From: an uncultured Ardenticatenaceae bacterium
Lineage (GTDB): Bacteria > Chloroflexota > Anaerolineae > Promineifilales > Promineifilaceae
DNA: 58,350 nt
Direction: 5' to 3'
Assembly: GCA_964398825.1 (NCBI GenBank)
Contig: CAYNOL010000003.1
Span: forward strand, 1-58,350
Shown: piece by piece, positions 57,788 through 58,350 of the stretch
Numbering within the stretch: the first letter of the stretch is position 1
How the letters are laid out: every line of letters begins with the position of its first letter
Made by a program: the position numbers and the translations under genes
The notes under the pieces: model-generated
What the model was told of the DNA's origin: nothing
Database searches by the model: none
The model's input: the letters and a program-made list of their open reading frames with translations, nothing else

Positions 57788-58350
57788 ATGAAACTCAACC
57801 GATCATCAACCAGGCCGATCCTGCTGATCACGGTGCTGATGCTTTTGGCGGCGATGGCCGTCCTGGTCGTCAGCTGCCGCGACAGCGGCGGGCAGGCCGC
57901 CACCGGCGCGCAGATCGCAGGCGCGACGGAAGACATCAACGCCATCGCCGAGGCGCGTGGCCTGACTCCGACGGACATCGCCAACGCGGTCAAGACCTAC
58001 ACGCCCAGCGGCAAGCACGACGAGTACTACCTGTTCGCTTCCGGCGGTCAGTCGGGCCAGGTGTACGTCATCGGCCTGCCGTCGATGCGCATCATCAAGC
58101 AGATCGCCGTCTTCACGCCCGAACCGTGGCAGGGCTTTGGCTATGGCGAGCTGGGCACTCTCAGCGTGCTGGAGCAGGGCGGCCTGGCGGCCGACGGCAC
58201 ACCGCTGACTTGGGCCGATACGCATCACCCCGGTCTGAGCGAAACCAACGGCGAGTACGATGGGCAGTTCCTGTTCATCAATGACAAGGCCAACGCCCGC
58301 GTGGCCGTCATCGACCTGCGCGACTTCGAAGTCAAGCAGATCGTCAAGAA
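57788..58350 (+). CDS. nosZ: Nitrous-oxide reductase, clade II (Sec-dependent), partial
   Basis: Not in the ORF track; my translation gives MKLNRS...LVVSC...TYTPSGKHDEYYLFASGGQSGQVYVIGLPSMR...FTPEPWQG...DTHHP...GEYDGQFLFINDKANARVAVIDLRDF. Confidence 0.93.
   Translation, partial: MKLNRSSTRPILLITVLMLLAAMAVLVVSCRDSGGQAATGAQIAGATEDINAIAEARGLTPTDIANAVKTYTPSGKHDEYYLFASGGQSGQVYVIGLPSMRIIKQIAVFTPEPWQGFGYGELGTLSVLEQGGLAADGTPLTWADTHHPGLSETNGEYDGQFLFINDKANARVAVIDLRDFEVKQIVK

Noticed and set aside
17261-58350. Functional H2-to-N2O coupling between hox and nosZ
   Set aside because: The loci are 35 kb apart with different operators, and Hox is a cytoplasmic NAD-linked enzyme; there is no sequence evidence of linkage.

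Overview
High-GC (about 65% by eye) chromosomal window, most likely from a filamentous Chloroflexota bacterium (Anaerolineae/Ardenticatenia-like). This placement is inferred from the gene mix, not from a search. Housekeeping genes: pnp (partial), rpsO, lepA, tlyA, acpS. Metabolic genes: a complete hoxEFUYHW bidirectional NiFe hydrogenase operon behind a Rex/Crp-like box, an archaeal-type isopentenyl phosphate kinase, a DprE1/DprE2-like pair, and the 5' part of a clade II (Sec/lipoprotein) nosZ preceded by an NnrR-like regulator and a matching palindrome. Signalling and transport genes: an orphan histidine kinase, an FHA-wHTH gene divergent from a Ser/Thr kinase, a GAF-GAF-PP2C gene between two M16 peptidase subunits, and a MarR-controlled heterodimeric ABC exporter. 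The best candidate for an undescribed system is a four-gene locus at 10.8-15.1 kb: a DUF2207-like protein, a TM-wHTH-Zn ribbon protein, a helical unknown and an SPFH-HTH fusion, with a pseudoknot-capable intergenic segment. Two families of interspersed palindromic repeats and several apparently leaderless genes are also visible. No CRISPR array, tRNA or rRNA was seen.
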